Shown: piece after piece, positions 23,169-36,057 of the stretch
How positions within the stretch are numbered: position 1 is the stretch's first letter
Layout of the letters: every line of letters begins with the position of its first letter
NCBI RefSeq assembly: GCF_001194135.2
Contig: NC_068982.1
Coordinates: 93,457,301 to 93,521,300 of the forward strand
DNA: 64,000 nt
Source: Octopus bimaculoides
Lineage: Eukaryota
Reading direction: 5' to 3'
Program-made: the position numbers and the translations under genes
The notes under the pieces: model-generated
The model's input: the letters and a program-made list of their open reading frames with translations, nothing else
What the model was told of the DNA's origin: nothing
Databases searched by the model: none

Positions 23169-25940
23169 TTATAAATATTAATAAATTATAGTAATTTTTT
23201 AAAACTGATTTATCAAATAGATTTTTCTCACTTTGTATAAAACCACAAGTGAGAAGGTTTATTTTTGGGGCAATTGTTTTTACAGTTGATAAAACAATGA
23301 TGATGATTCCTTTCCTGTAAAGTACCAGTGGGGAGAGAGAGAGTGTGTGTGTGTGTGTATGTGTGTGTGTGTGTGTGTGAGGAATGTCATGGCTACATCA
23401 GAAACTAAACTTACAACTCACTTCAATAGCACATCAAGGCATGTAATTTATTTATCAAAATACATAATTTTATCAAAACTTTATTTCTCTGGACATATTG
23501 TACTGATATAGTGCATTTTAAAAAATATACGGCTGTAACTATAATGTTATTTTGAAGTGAAAAGTGCAAACTAATGTTTAAATCATGTAGTGATTGACTT
23601 GTCCAAGTTGAAGCACTATCTGGTAGCTTGTTTATTATATTTAAGGATTACAAAGTTTCTTGAGCACCTCATTTATGAGGCTCATTCACTTGAAGTCGGC
23701 ATGGGTTCAAAAGACTCAACTGAGGACAACAATATTGTCAGTGTATGCATTTAACAGCTATACATCATGATGGACTATATAGAGGTAATGGCTTACTCCT
23801 CCTCATAAGCCTTAACCCACAACAAACTGGTAGATTTAAGAAAATCCTTCATAAGTTCTTTAAAGACTTGGAGTTTTCTTACTGTAAAATAACTTAAAGC
23901 TCTGAACATTTTAGAAACCTTTCAAGAAAAACAGAAAAAAGTTCAGATGCATACATAAATCCACTGATAACCCAGAAAGCATATTCATTTAGGTTCTTGA
24001 ACCTTTCATCTAATAAGGTAGTACCTGAAATTTCAACATTTTATAATACTGTGAAATTTCAACATTTTATAATATTGCACTAAAGAATAGAAACTGCAAA
24101 GACAGAATGAATTAAAATACACAAACCAAACTATTTGACACAAAAAATTACCATCTGGTTTAATCCACCAATCAACCCACAATGGTTCACCATCATAGCT
24201 TTTCTTTTCTTTAAATTTCTATTAAAACACTCCCCTCCAAATCATAGATATCACAAGTTAATCGACAAGCACAAATAAAAATATCATTCTCTATGACTTA
24301 AAAAAAAAAACAGTAAGGAGTCTAGTTCTAGCAATTTTAATCTGATACCTTGTTCTACTAATTGCAGTTGCATGAATCCTTCAGCCTATCCTTTAAACAG
24401 AAACTGTTTTCTATCAAAGAACCTAGTATATGACTACAGTAGTCACTATTGCAACACACACATCCAACTTCATGTACTACAAATTCTCCCATACATCTAA
24501 TAACCAGTTCTTTGTGTAGCTATTTATGGTCTTTGAAATCAAGCAACATCCCCAGTTTTATCAATTGGAAAACACACATTTCCAGCCTTTCTAAGCCTAT
24601 AATAGACTGTTATATACTTCTGAACCCTTTCAAATTCCCTACTCTAAAACAAACCACCTTACCTGTAACACTGAGTTGGTCTCCCTTCATACAAACACAA
24701 AATCTTCAAATAAATTGCATCTCTTCTAATTCAGCTAGACCTACAGCCTATAATCCTAATTTCTTCATGTTAAGTCTTCCCACATTCCACCAACCTTGTG
24801 TCTTACCTTCCACTCATCCTTGATATATGCATGTTGATTACATGATTTTATGGCAAAGGTTGCATGTATGTCTATTCTCTCATTTGTATGCCTACAACTA
24901 AATGCTTATATGTGTAAATATAGGTGTGTGCACTTGTATAAGTGAAGGCATACATTTCTACATGAACTAATATTTGCAGTGGTTTGGGATAAGCAAATGA
25001 ATATGTATCTGTGTCTGTAAATACATGTTTGCACTTACATGTATGTGTGTGCATATATGTATGTGTACATATGCACATGCAATAAAGACATGACTATGTT
25101 CAAGTTTGATCTTTTTATTAAAGATTTCTTTTTGTATTTTCTTTTTTAGCTCTTTATATTCAGTTTCAAACAAATGTGTTCCGAAATCCATTAGTTTTCT
25201 CAGACCTTCCCTGTTTCATTCTCAAAGCAAAATGATGGCAATAATGCTGTGTTGTTTGTAGTAGGTTGGAAAGGATGGCAGAAATACTTTTATAACTGAT
25301 AAAATCACCAACGCTGGGTTTAAAAATCATTTAATGGTCAATCCTGGTAGAATTCATGATGTATTTTACATATGTTTTATCTGTGTGTTTAAAACCTAAT
25401 AACTTTCCATGGTCCATAATCTCCAAGAAAGACTTGCCAACACTATAAAGTACAAACTGGATAGGTACAGTATACAGTCATCTGATAAGTTCTTTGAAAT
25501 TCTACTGGAAACTGAGAAAGTTGGAAAAATTTCCCTCATGAACATCAAAAGTTTATCAATGTCCACTTATGGAAATTATAAACATAATTATGGATGACAT
25601 ATACATACACTATACAATAAAACCACCTGTTATTGCATGAAACATAAGTTTCTATTGGCCTGCATATGAAGTTCTCTTCAGCTATCTTCAAGGTAATCTA
25701 TACATCTAGAAGGATAGAGTGGTATTGGATTTTAAATTCATATCTGCATTCAAGGCATTCTACATGGCTAGCACAGAAAACAAAGTTGTTCCCATTAAGT
25801 ACATTAGTGATATATTTATTATAACAGGTACAGACAAACAGATTGATAGGCTTAAATATGAACTTCAAAAAGCTCTATCCTTAAATTTTTGATCCAGCAT
25901 AGCTCCAACATATATTCAGACTCTATCACTGCTTCATTCT
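21050..25940 (-). pseudogene. Cryptic multi-exon coding remnant of unknown family (probable unprocessed pseudogene or mis-assembled gene)
   Basis: Phase-compatible GT-AG exons 24385-24349, 24024-23797 (one frame shift near 23919), 22720-22650 and from 21196/21178. Joined reading AEGFMQLQLVEQ-GTTLLDERFKNLNEYAFWVISGFMYASELFSVFLE/VSKMFRALSYFTVRKLQVFKELMKDFLKSTSLLWVKAYEE-ERSKGETSENFNPRTIKLRYVREE. More protein-like frames with stops at 25090-25940. Confidence 0.5.
21893..22160 (-). mobile_element. SINE, family 2 (CORE-like head, (GAT)n tail), degenerate
   Basis: Reverse complement GGGGTTCAGTCTCACTGCGTGGTACCCTGGGCAAGTATATTCTGTTATAG. Similar to 53045-53510. Confidence 0.6.
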
Positions 25941-26436
25941 TATATAAAGTGACAAAGAAATAAAGAACAATATATAAAGCACTTCAGTTTATATAAAATA
26001 CATGAAAAAATGCTTATGTAAACATGGTAACAGTGAATGCCCCCATAAATATAAAATCTGTTGACAAATCTCTTTTAAGTTAAGTTTTTAAATTTACATA
26101 CACAAAAGAAACCTTTAGCATAAAACAAACACTAGCTAATAATGGGTAATAATGAATAATTAATGACCCAAGCCATAAAATAATAACAAATCTCCCCACA
26201 CTGTTACAACAGATGCAACATCTATTAAAAATACACAAACCACATCCTATACTGCTAAAAATTAATTCAATCTGGTTATAAAATGGATAAATATGTCATT
26301 AGAAAACTATTATACCTCTACATACATGTGTATTTTATTTGTACATATAATATATTATATAGCTCAACAAATTCTGTCTAATCATTGAAGCATAGGAAAG
26401 TTAAAGTTAAAACAATAGCATTGATGACAATATGTT

Positions 26437-26486
<50 letters not shown>

Positions 26487-26619
26487 TATACAAGAGATGT
26501 AGTGGAATCACAAACAGGCTAACAGAGAAAGCATGCTTTGTATATAGCATATGCAATGGGAGCAATAACCACCAAGAACACTGATTTACTTAAATACTAG
26601 GTTGGCTCACAAGTAGTGG

Positions 26620-28460
26620 ATAGTTTTAAATACCTAAGTGACATAATTAGCAGTGGAGGTGGTTGCTCCAAAAGTACAAAAGCTGGGGTAGAACTGGTTG
26701 GAAAATTTCTTGGATCTACTACTTTTGCTGGCAACAGAGTCCTTCCTCCTTGAAAGTGAAGAGGAATATGTAATATTTGTGTTCAAAATGCAATGCTGCA
26801 TGAAATACAAAGATGTTCTGTCAACCATTTTGGCATCACTTATTTGGCGTTGTTGATTCAATGCTCACTTATTTGACATCAACCATTTTAATATGTATAT
26901 ATTTCTGTGCATGCGTGCATGCATTTGCCTCCAGTACCAAAAAGTACTATCACTAAAACAGGCTGAATGTCTAGTCAGCTGCCAAGTTATCTGCCTCAAA
27001 TCAGCTACACTAAGTCATCTCAAGTGGTGGTGGTGNNNNNNNNNNNNGGGGGGGGGGGTTGTAGATACAGCACACATAGAGCATGAGGAAATTGAGAGAT
27101 GTATAGTGGTTGAGGAGCAGAGATAATTTAGTGGCTCAATGGATGTGTGTGATCAATGTTAAGAGTGGACAGAGAGAACAGTATTAATGAATGGAGTATA
27201 ATTAATAAATAAAAAGGTTTTGAGGAGTAAAATAAGTGGAAGAGCTTAGTTAGGGAGATGATGAGTGCTGGGAATGCTTTGAAGAGGAAATTAAGCAAAA
27301 GGCCCACTTGTGCACGTATATACATACATCGCACTTCCCGGACTTTGTTTTACCAAGGTAGGTGAGTCTTCTTGAGAACAACATTTCACCAGTCATCCCC
27401 ATCCTTTGTCATTTCTGAGTTTCAAGGTCCTGAGATCAACCTTCATCACTCTGTCCCATGTCTTCTTGGCTCTTCTTGAACTTTCTCGAACCTAGTCTTG
27501 CTTTTACTACTATACTTTCAGAGCAAATACCTGCATTGCTAATTACATATCCTTGGTAACAAAAGCAATCAGTTACTTCTAGTGGGCCACCCAAGCATTT
27601 AAAAAAAAAAATCTATTTCTAGTGTACTTAGTGTATGTTTTGCTCCAGACATGACAAGAAAATCTGGAATCAAAGGGCCTCAAAGTTTAGGATCCTGCAA
27701 CTGTCAGGGAAATAGCCTTGCTTCATATGCAGAAAAGGAGGGGATAGAAATTCAATATGGTGTACCCAATGCACATTATAGATGCAGATGATGTGCAGTG
27801 GAATCAAAGGTATGTTAAAAGAGAGGGCAGACTACCTGTGGCACATGCACAGAAGCAATAAACTTTTAAGAGCACAAGGAAAGCAAATGCCCCCAAATTT
27901 TCAGGAGGAACATTTGAGGTGGTAAATAACTTTTATTTAGGTAACTTAATGAGCAGTGGTGGAGGATGGTCAGAATAATATAGTAGCCAGAGTAAGAACA
28001 GGTGGAAGAAAGTTCGGGGAGGTATTACTTTTGTTGGTAGCAAAAGGTTTATTCCTCAGACTGAAAATCTGAATTATGCTTGCATACAAACTGCAATACT
28101 ATATTGTAATGAGATATGTGTTCTGAATGCACAGGGTCTGCAAAGGCTAGAAAGAAAAGAATTAAGCATGCTCTATTGAATGTTCAATGCCAGTGTGCAT
28201 GATTGGAGTACAAATGTGTTTAGAGAAAAACTAAGTATAAAAGGAATAAGATGTAGTGTACAAGACAGATGTTAGGCATATTGGTGAGGATAACTATATA
28301 AAGAAGTGCCAATGGGGTTCACAGAAAGAGGAAGACACAGAAAGATATGGTGTGAGATGGAGAAGGTAGATCTCAGGATTTTCAGTCTCACTGAAGAGAT
28401 GACAAAGGACCAGAATGACTAGCAATGCTTGAGAAGACCCATCCAACCATGTTAGAAGGT
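26620..28460. mobile_element. Scattered RTE LINE ORF2 fragments (+ at 26620-26870 and 27690-28460; - at 27330-27500)
   Basis: GCTGGGGTAGAACTGGTTGGAAAATTTC...CTACTTTTGCTGGCAACAGAG and ...GAGAAGACCCATCC match the decayed RTE C-terminus seen at 31215-33141. Confidence 0.6.
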
Positions 28461-30727
28461 TGTGTCCAGGGCTCTCAAAGTGTAATGTACATGCATACTA
28501 TGCACACAACTGTGTCCCCTTCATTCCACCCAGACCTGAGCCACTTCCTATTGACATTCATTCCTCGTTCTTACCATTGACACCCGTTACCCACCTTTGT
28601 TAGTATCCATCTTTTACACTTGCCCCTTCACAATATCTAACATCACCCTTCATTACCCTATCAATCTCCTCTTCATCACTCTCTTATCTACTGTATTATT
28701 CTGCTGGTGTAAGAAATGAAAGCAAAATCTGCTACTCTACCATGTCACCTTCTCTGCACTGCTAGTCACTACTCAATCTCTTCTGTGCTTCACCCAACCA
28801 GCATCCAACACTCCTTTTTATTGTACTCCACCCTTGTTCACCATTCACCATGTACATCCCTTATTTACATCTGACTGCCTCCACATCTTGTTTTATATTC
28901 ACTTCACTCTACTCCCACATTCTTACTTCCTTGCTTACCAACCTTTCTGATTTTTCAGTATGCATGTTCTTGTCTTTTTATCTCTTGGTCATGTTACATG
29001 TAGGTACATTCTGGTACCTCATCATTCAATATTTACCTTTGTTTGGGTTCCATTCCAGCCTCAATGATCCACCTACGTAAAATGCAGGGTAGACGTGAAT
29101 CTTCTCAACACCTTGCTTAATGTGACCTCTCTGTCTCCTATCCACCATCTGTTTAGTTTTTCAAATTACAAGGTGACCTCATAAGTGCTGGTGTCACAAA
29201 AAATGCACTCAATACATTTCATTAAGTAGCTTGCCTTATGAAGGGCTGTAGAAGTCATACAAAAACTGGAACACTGGAAAAGTACATAGTTTTCTGACTT
29301 GCTGGATTCCACCAAAACCTCCAAGCCTTGCCAGCATGGAAAGTGGACATAAAATGATAATCCTGATATATTTTACATGTGTGTGTGTGTGTGTGTGTGT
29401 CATTTGTGTATTTTTCATGCTGGCATGCATTAGATGATGAGCCAGAGGACTGTACCAAGCTACACTGTCTGCTTTGGTTGGATGCCCTTTCTAACACCAA
29501 CCATTGTACAATGGGTACTGGGTGCTTTTTCATGTGACACCAGCAGCAGCAAGGTAACCAAATAACTTGAAACATAAGACCCCTCATTCAAGGGGGATAG
29601 CATTGAAGAAGGTGGCTTTGTGTCAGATGAGGGATTAGAGTATGAGAGATGAATAGAAACAGATGTCTTTAAGTAGAGGAGATACATGGCTATGAAAAAG
29701 GAGAAGAGAAAGAGAGAGATGGTGAAGATCTATTGGGGCACACCCTCAAGTGAAAAGAAGGGATATATAAGTGAAGTGGTACAAAGGACTGGATCAAGTA
29801 AGAGGGCTGGAAAATTTACAAAAGGAGAGTGAGAGATAACGGAGAGGAGAATGCAGTAAATGAACACAGGTGAAGGGAATAAGTGTTAAGAACATCACTC
29901 CCTTTGTTGTCGGGAAGCGAAACAAGCTGTGTGCAGGTAAGTTTACTAAAGTGGGTGAGTGGGAGATAGGGTAGGGGAATGCAGTGAGTGGTGAACATGG
30001 GTGAAGCAGGGAATACTAGAAAGATGAATTGTAGTGGAGAGAGACACAGATGTGAATGGCATGCCTTTAGGGCCACATGTTTTCTTAAAGGTACAGGTCT
30101 TCCAAAGCACAGCAAATAACCAATCCTTTCTTCTGTCAGACTCAATGTCAAAGGGTCATTTTTCATTACTTTATCCTATGTCTTCCACAGTCTTTTTGTG
30201 TTTGTGTACACATATGTCTATATATATGTATATAGAGAAAAATATATCAGAAATATATCTGTACATACAGAAATATATCTGTACATACAGAAATATATCT
30301 GTATTCTTTTACTGATTTCAGCCAGTGACTGTGGCCATGCTGGGGCACAACCATTAGTGTTAACGATTACTTGTTTCAAACTCATTTCCCAGCTGTCTTT
30401 CCAGAATTGGTTCCAGTGAAGCAGTGAGTTGGACAAAACTGCCCTTCTTTGAGCTTCTTGCTTGTTGGTACGTCTAGATTCTCAAATAAAATTTTGTCTA
30501 AATGTTCTGTGAGCACATCCACAATTATACTTTATAGATTTCTGAGGCTTTTTGGAAACATCGGAAAGCTGTGAGCTATTGAACCTTAAGCCATTACATT
30601 ATTGGGCTCTTACTTTAGCTGGAGAGGGCAGGATCTTTAGTACTATGCAATGGCACCCAGTTTGGTGGCTGGTATAGTTTTCTATCCCCACACTGGATAT
30701 TAAGCCATCTAGGATTATCCATATATA

Positions 30728-33460
30728 TATCATCATTATCATCATCGTTTGACGTCTGTTTTCCATGCTGGCGTAGGTTGGATGGTTTGACTGAGGACTG
30801 GCAAGCCAGTAGGCTGCATCAGGCTCCTATCTGATCTGGTAAGGGTTCTACAGCTGGATGTCCTTCCTAACACCAACCACTCCAAGAGTGTAGTGGGTGC
30901 TTTTTACATGCCATTGGCATGGGAGCTAGTCACGTGGCACTAGCATTGGCCACGACTACAATTTTACTTGACTCAACAGGTTTTCTTTAGCACAGCACAT
31001 CAAGGGTACTTGTAAATGGGCTGGTTATGCAACACTGGTATTCAAGGGTACTTTTAAATGGGCTGGTTATGCAACACTGGTATTCAAGGGTACTTTTAAG
31101 TGGGCTGGTTATGCAGCACTGGTATTGGCCACAGTAGCAATCTCACTTTAATTGCTGGTTCTTCTCAGTCACAACATATCTCCAAAGGTCTCTGTCTCCT
31201 GTCTTTACCTCTGTGAGGCCCAACGTTCAAAGGTCATGCTTTATCACTTCATCCCAGGTCTTCCCAGGTCTACCTCTTCCACAGATTCCTTCCACTGTTA
31301 GGGTATTACACTTCTTCACACAGCTGTCTTCATCCATACACAGCACATGGCCGCAGTCATCTCTCTTGCACACCACATCTGATGCTTCTTATATCCAACT
31401 TTTCTCTCAGAGCACTTACACTCTGTCGTGTGTGCACACTGACATTACACATCCAGCAGATCATACTAGCTTCATTTCTTTCAAGCCTATGCATGTCCTC
31501 AGCAGTCATGGCCCATGTTTCACTGCCATGTAGTATGGTTGCTTGCACACAAGCATCATACAGTCTATCGGGTCATCCCATAAGTTCTGTCCAATTTTAC
31601 CTCTTTTAAAATTGAATGAAATTTAATAGTATTTTATAATGTCTAATGGAATTAATTATTTTTATGAATTTGTGTACATTTAAACTAATCAAAATATTAT
31701 TTTACAGAATAATAGAATTAAAATTTCTTTGATTAAAACCCTTTCTAACATGGAAGTATCCAAAGAACATTTAAGGCACATAATGCTTTATGAGTACAAG
31801 AAAGGAAACTCTGCAGCTGAAGCAACTCGAAACATACACTCAGTTTATGGGAAAGGATGCTTGAATGAAAGAACTTGCAGAAGATGGTTTGCAAAATTCA
31901 GAAGTGGATATTTCAGCCTTGAAGATGAAGATCGAACAGNNNNNNNNNNNNNNNNNNNNNNNNNNNNNNNNNNNNNNNNNNNNNNNNNNNNNNNNNNNNN
32001 NNNNNNNNNNNNNNNNNNNNNNNNNNNNNNNNNNNNNNNNNNNNNNNNNNNNNNNNNNNNNNNNNNNNNNNNNNNNNNNNNNNNNNNNNNNNNNNNNNNN
32101 NNNNNNNNNNNNNNNNNNNNNNNNNNNNNNNNNNNNNNNNNNNNNNNNNNNNNNNNNNNNNNNNNNNNNNNNNNNNNNNNNNNNNNNNNNNNNNNNNNNN
32201 NNNNNNNNNNNNNNNNNNNNNNNNNNNNNNNNNNNNNNNNNNNNNNNNNNNNNNNNNNNNNNNNNNNNNNNNNNNNNNNNNNNNNNNNNNNNNNNNNNNN
32301 NNNNNNNNNNNNNNNNNNNNNNNNNNNNNNNNNNNNNNNNNNNNNNNNNNNNNNNNNNNNNNNNNNNNNNNNNNNNNNNNNNNNNNNNNNNNNNNNNNNN
32401 NNNNNNNNNNNNNNNNNNNNNNNNNNNNNNNNNNNNNNNNNNNNNNNNNNNNNNNNNNNNGTTTCATCAGGACAATGAGCGACCCCACACTGCAAAGATC
32501 ATATCACAGAAGATCAAAGAGCTTGGTTGGGAAAAAATTCCTCATCTACCTTATTCTCCCGACTTCACTCCTTCAGACTACCATTTGTTTCGTAGTTTAC
32601 AGAATCATTTGGGGGACATAACTTTTGCAAGCCAGGAGGAGGTTGAAACTGACATTTCAGAGTTCTTTGCTTTGAAACCAAAAGAGTTTTACATTGATGG
32701 GATTAAAAAGCTTGTAAATAGATGGATGGAAGTCAGATAATCAGGGAAATTACATTGATGATTAAATTTCAATTAAATATAACATTTGATCACTTGTTTT
32801 CTTTATTTAAAATTCGGACAGAACTTATCGGATGACCTGATACCTTTCACTCTGAGTGAGAGGCCCTTAGTTACCAGCAGCGGTAGGAGCTTTGTAAACT
32901 TTGCCCAGGCTATTCTTATTCTAGTGGTTACACTCTCCAAGCATCCACCCCCACTACAGACTTGGTCACCTAGGTAGCTGAAGCTATCAACTACTTCTAG
33001 TTTCTTCCCCTGGCATGTGATGGAATCTGTTTTCTGTATATTTTCGGTGTTTACTGCCCCTATGTATCTGCCACACACAAAAACTATCTTCCTGGTTAAC
33101 CTTCCTTTGATTATTGCTGCACCTCTTATGTGTCCATACATATGCCTTCTCTAAAGATTGAGGAGGGCCATGTACCTGAAGGGGTTTGTGATTTGTCTGC
33201 CTTCCTACTTACTAGGACTTTGGTTTTTGCTAGATTGACTCTAAGGCCCTTCAATTCTAGACCTTACTTTCACACCTGAAACTTCATAGCTAGTTCTGGT
33301 AGTGACTCAGCTATTAGAGCAAGGTCATCAGCATAGAAGAGCTCCCAGGGGCAGCCTGTCTTAATTTCCTTTGTTATTGCCTGGAGGACTATGATGAATA
33401 AGAGGGGGCTGAGGACTTCTACCCAGAATTCCTCTCTATATTCATTGCCAACTCTCACCT
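30728..33460 (-). mobile_element. RTE-clade LINE (RT motifs through 3' tail), interrupted by a mariner
   Basis: LSPLLFIIVLQ...WELFYADDLAL; VVDSFSYLGDQV...LSLRVKG|RLYDACVQATILHGSETW...; 3' UTR ending in (GAT)n at about 30730. Confidence 0.9.
31568..32840 (+). mobile_element. mariner transposon (Mos1/Hsmar-like), central part in gap
   Basis: TIRs TCGGGTCATCCCATAAGTTCTGTCC / GGACAGAACTTATCGGATGACCTGA with TA TSD. N-terminal HTH (RHIMLYEYKKG...RRWFAKFRSG) and C-terminal FHQDNERPH...PYSPDFTPSDYHLF. Confidence 0.95.
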
Positions 33461-33472
33461 AACTGACAGCAT

Positions 33473-33511
<39 letters not shown>

Positions 33512-33896
33512 CACAGCATATCTTTTATGTCATCACCCTAGATAACTGAGTCTCTGTTCTTTTAGCATCGCGTAGTAATTCATCTGTTACACTGTAGCTC
33601 ATCTGTTAGGGTAGTGGCATTAGATTGCCTCAAGTTCCACAGTTAATTTGACACTCTGTGGTGGCCATTACTGGGAACAGTAACCCAAATGACTGAGAAT
33701 GAATGTTCTGCACAGGGACGATAGGGTTTCCTTTTTCAGTGATCTGAATAATCTCAGAATCCAACAAGTCAGTTACCAGCACATGGGTGCCATCTTATTA
33801 ATATGCTAATGGAATCGTAAATCATTACTCACATAAATCTATATTTATGTGAGTTGTGTGTGTTTGTGTGTATGAATATATATATATATATATATA

Positions 33897-34141
33897 TCTG
33901 TAAAAATATGTGACACTTATTTGATAGCCATGATAAAACTCCGAGTTTTGGATGCCAGGGCAGATACGTGATAAGCGTGCCGACCTGCGCGTCCAAGAGC
34001 AGAGGAGGAATCTGCCGGCACCCGAAGCTACGCAGCTTGCACCTGTTATGAGTGAGAGTCAGCCCGCAGTCCCGGACTTGCAGCATCCGAAACTCGGAGT
34101 TTTATCATGGCTACCGAATAAGTGTCACACATTTTTACAGA
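33897..34141. mobile_element. MITE-like element with about 60-bp terminal inverted repeats in (TA)n
   Basis: TCTGTAAAAATATGTGACACTTATTTGATAGCCATGATAAAACTCCGAGTTTTGGATGC is inverted at 34083-34141, with TA flanks. Confidence 0.75.
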
Positions 34142-34384
34142 TAGATTCCTCTATTTACATAATATCGAGGTCTCTTTGTTTGTTTTGTTGTCTTTTCTAT
34201 CAATATATATACATATCATCATCATCATCATTGTTTAACATCCGTTTTCCGTGCTGGCATGGGTTGGACGGTTAATAGATATGTATATTCATACACACAT
34301 ATGTATATATAAGGTAGGTAGGTAGAGATATTGTGTGTGTATACATAGTGCATCAGCTCTTTGAGAATAAAATTTTAATTTCAG

Positions 34385-34640
34385 GTAAACATCATCATCA
34401 TCATTTAGCTTCTGCTTTCCATGTTGGTATGGGTTAAATGGTTTGACTGAAACTGGTAAGCTGGAGAGCTGCACCAGGTTCCAATCTGATTTGGCATGGT
34501 TTTTATTGCTGGATGCCCTTCCTAATGCTAACCACTCCAAGTGTGTAATGGATGCTTTCTACATGCCATGGGCACGGGTGCCAGTTATGTGACACCAGCA
34601 TCAGCCACAACTATGGTTTCGTTTGGCTTGACATGTCTTC
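34385..34640 (-). mobile_element. RTE 3' UTR/tail copy
   Basis: (CAT)n...GCTGGATGCCCTTCCTAATGCTAACCACTCC. Confidence 0.8.
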
Positions 34641-34879
34641 TCAAGCATGGCATATTGCCAAAGATCTCAAAAATATTTATTAGAAAAACCAGTGTAAATT
34701 TTTATAAAATTTGCTATACATATTCTTGCACACACATACTAAAAAGCTATTCAATAAAACCATCGTCAACCTTAATTACTGCTTTGATACAGCTTCTAAA
34801 ATAACTTAATGCATTGATCAAGTGATCTTTATTTATGTTGGCTATAGCATCTCCAGTGAGACGTTGAGCATGCTTTTTG

Positions 34880-35680
34880 GTCTCTCTCCTAATAACATCT
34901 AGCAGACATAGTAGTCCAGAGTCTTTAAATCAGAAGGGCTTGAATGTCAAATATTACGGGTGACATAATCATGAAAATTTTCAGCCAGTTACTCCTGGGT
35001 TGTGCAGGATGTGTGAGATGGTGCAGAAGATGGAATGCATTCAGCCTCCACTGCACAACTCTTTCAATCCAGGTATTGGCAACCATTTCCATTGTCTTGA
35101 TGTAGGCTGCTGTATTGACCCTCTGACCTCATGGCAAAAGTAAGGAAATATGACCAAGCCCTCATTGCTCACAACTCCCAAGATCACCATAGATGATGGA
35201 AACTAGGTGTGCATAACATTGGGGTCTTTAGCAAAGCTGGCACAGACCCATCTGTCATTCTGTTCAGTTTTTGATCTTGAATGAAGTTCTTTTCATCTGA
35301 GAACCAGAACATGTCAGACTTCTTCGGGTGCTTGGGTTTCTTCAGCAAGTGTTTCAACTAGATCAAAAGGTTCTCCTGGATCTTTTCAGACATGAATTCA
35401 CCCCTTCTCATAACATAGGGTTTGTGCCTGATGTCTTCATGCACTGCATGTGCAATTGCTGACATTTATACATGGAGGTAATTCGCAATGGTCCTCGCTG
35501 ACTTGCTTGGTTTCTCATTGATGATGCTCTGGCCTTCCTGAACAAACTCGACATTTTTGACTGTTTAACCACCAAGGATGTTTCTTTGGCCATGGAAAAC
35601 ACATTCCCACTAGAGGCCAGGAGTTTTTTTTTTGTTGATCTTAAACATGGAGAGCCTGACAACATTTAACAAGATTGCAA
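34880..35680 (-). mobile_element. Decayed Tc1/mariner transposase (maT/DD37D-like)
   Basis: Minus-strand FSDEKNFIQDQKLN..DRW, VMHT.FPSSMVILGVVSNEG, APSHT...LAENFHD...PSDLKTLDYYV. Confidence 0.65.
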
Positions 35681-36011
35681 AGATTGCAATCTCAGAATCA
35701 CTGTGCTTGGGAACTAAGGTGATGAGAACGGCATGCTTTTTTATTCTGCATTACATTTGAGACTTCTATGTTTAAGCTGAGAAAAAAGATAAACTATTTA
35801 AGCAAAGTTTGAGGCACCTATGGTTCTTAAGAGTTTTGTTCTCAAATAATTGATGCACCTTGTGTATATCTGTATATATACGTGTGTGTGTGCGTGTGTG
35901 TGTGTTATTGTCATGATCATCATTTAAACACCTTCTCTCCATGCTGGCAAAGGTTGGATGGTTTGACAGGAGGTGGCATGCCAGAGGAGATTGGAAGAAA
36001 TGCCCAATTAA

Positions 36012-36057
<46 letters not shown>

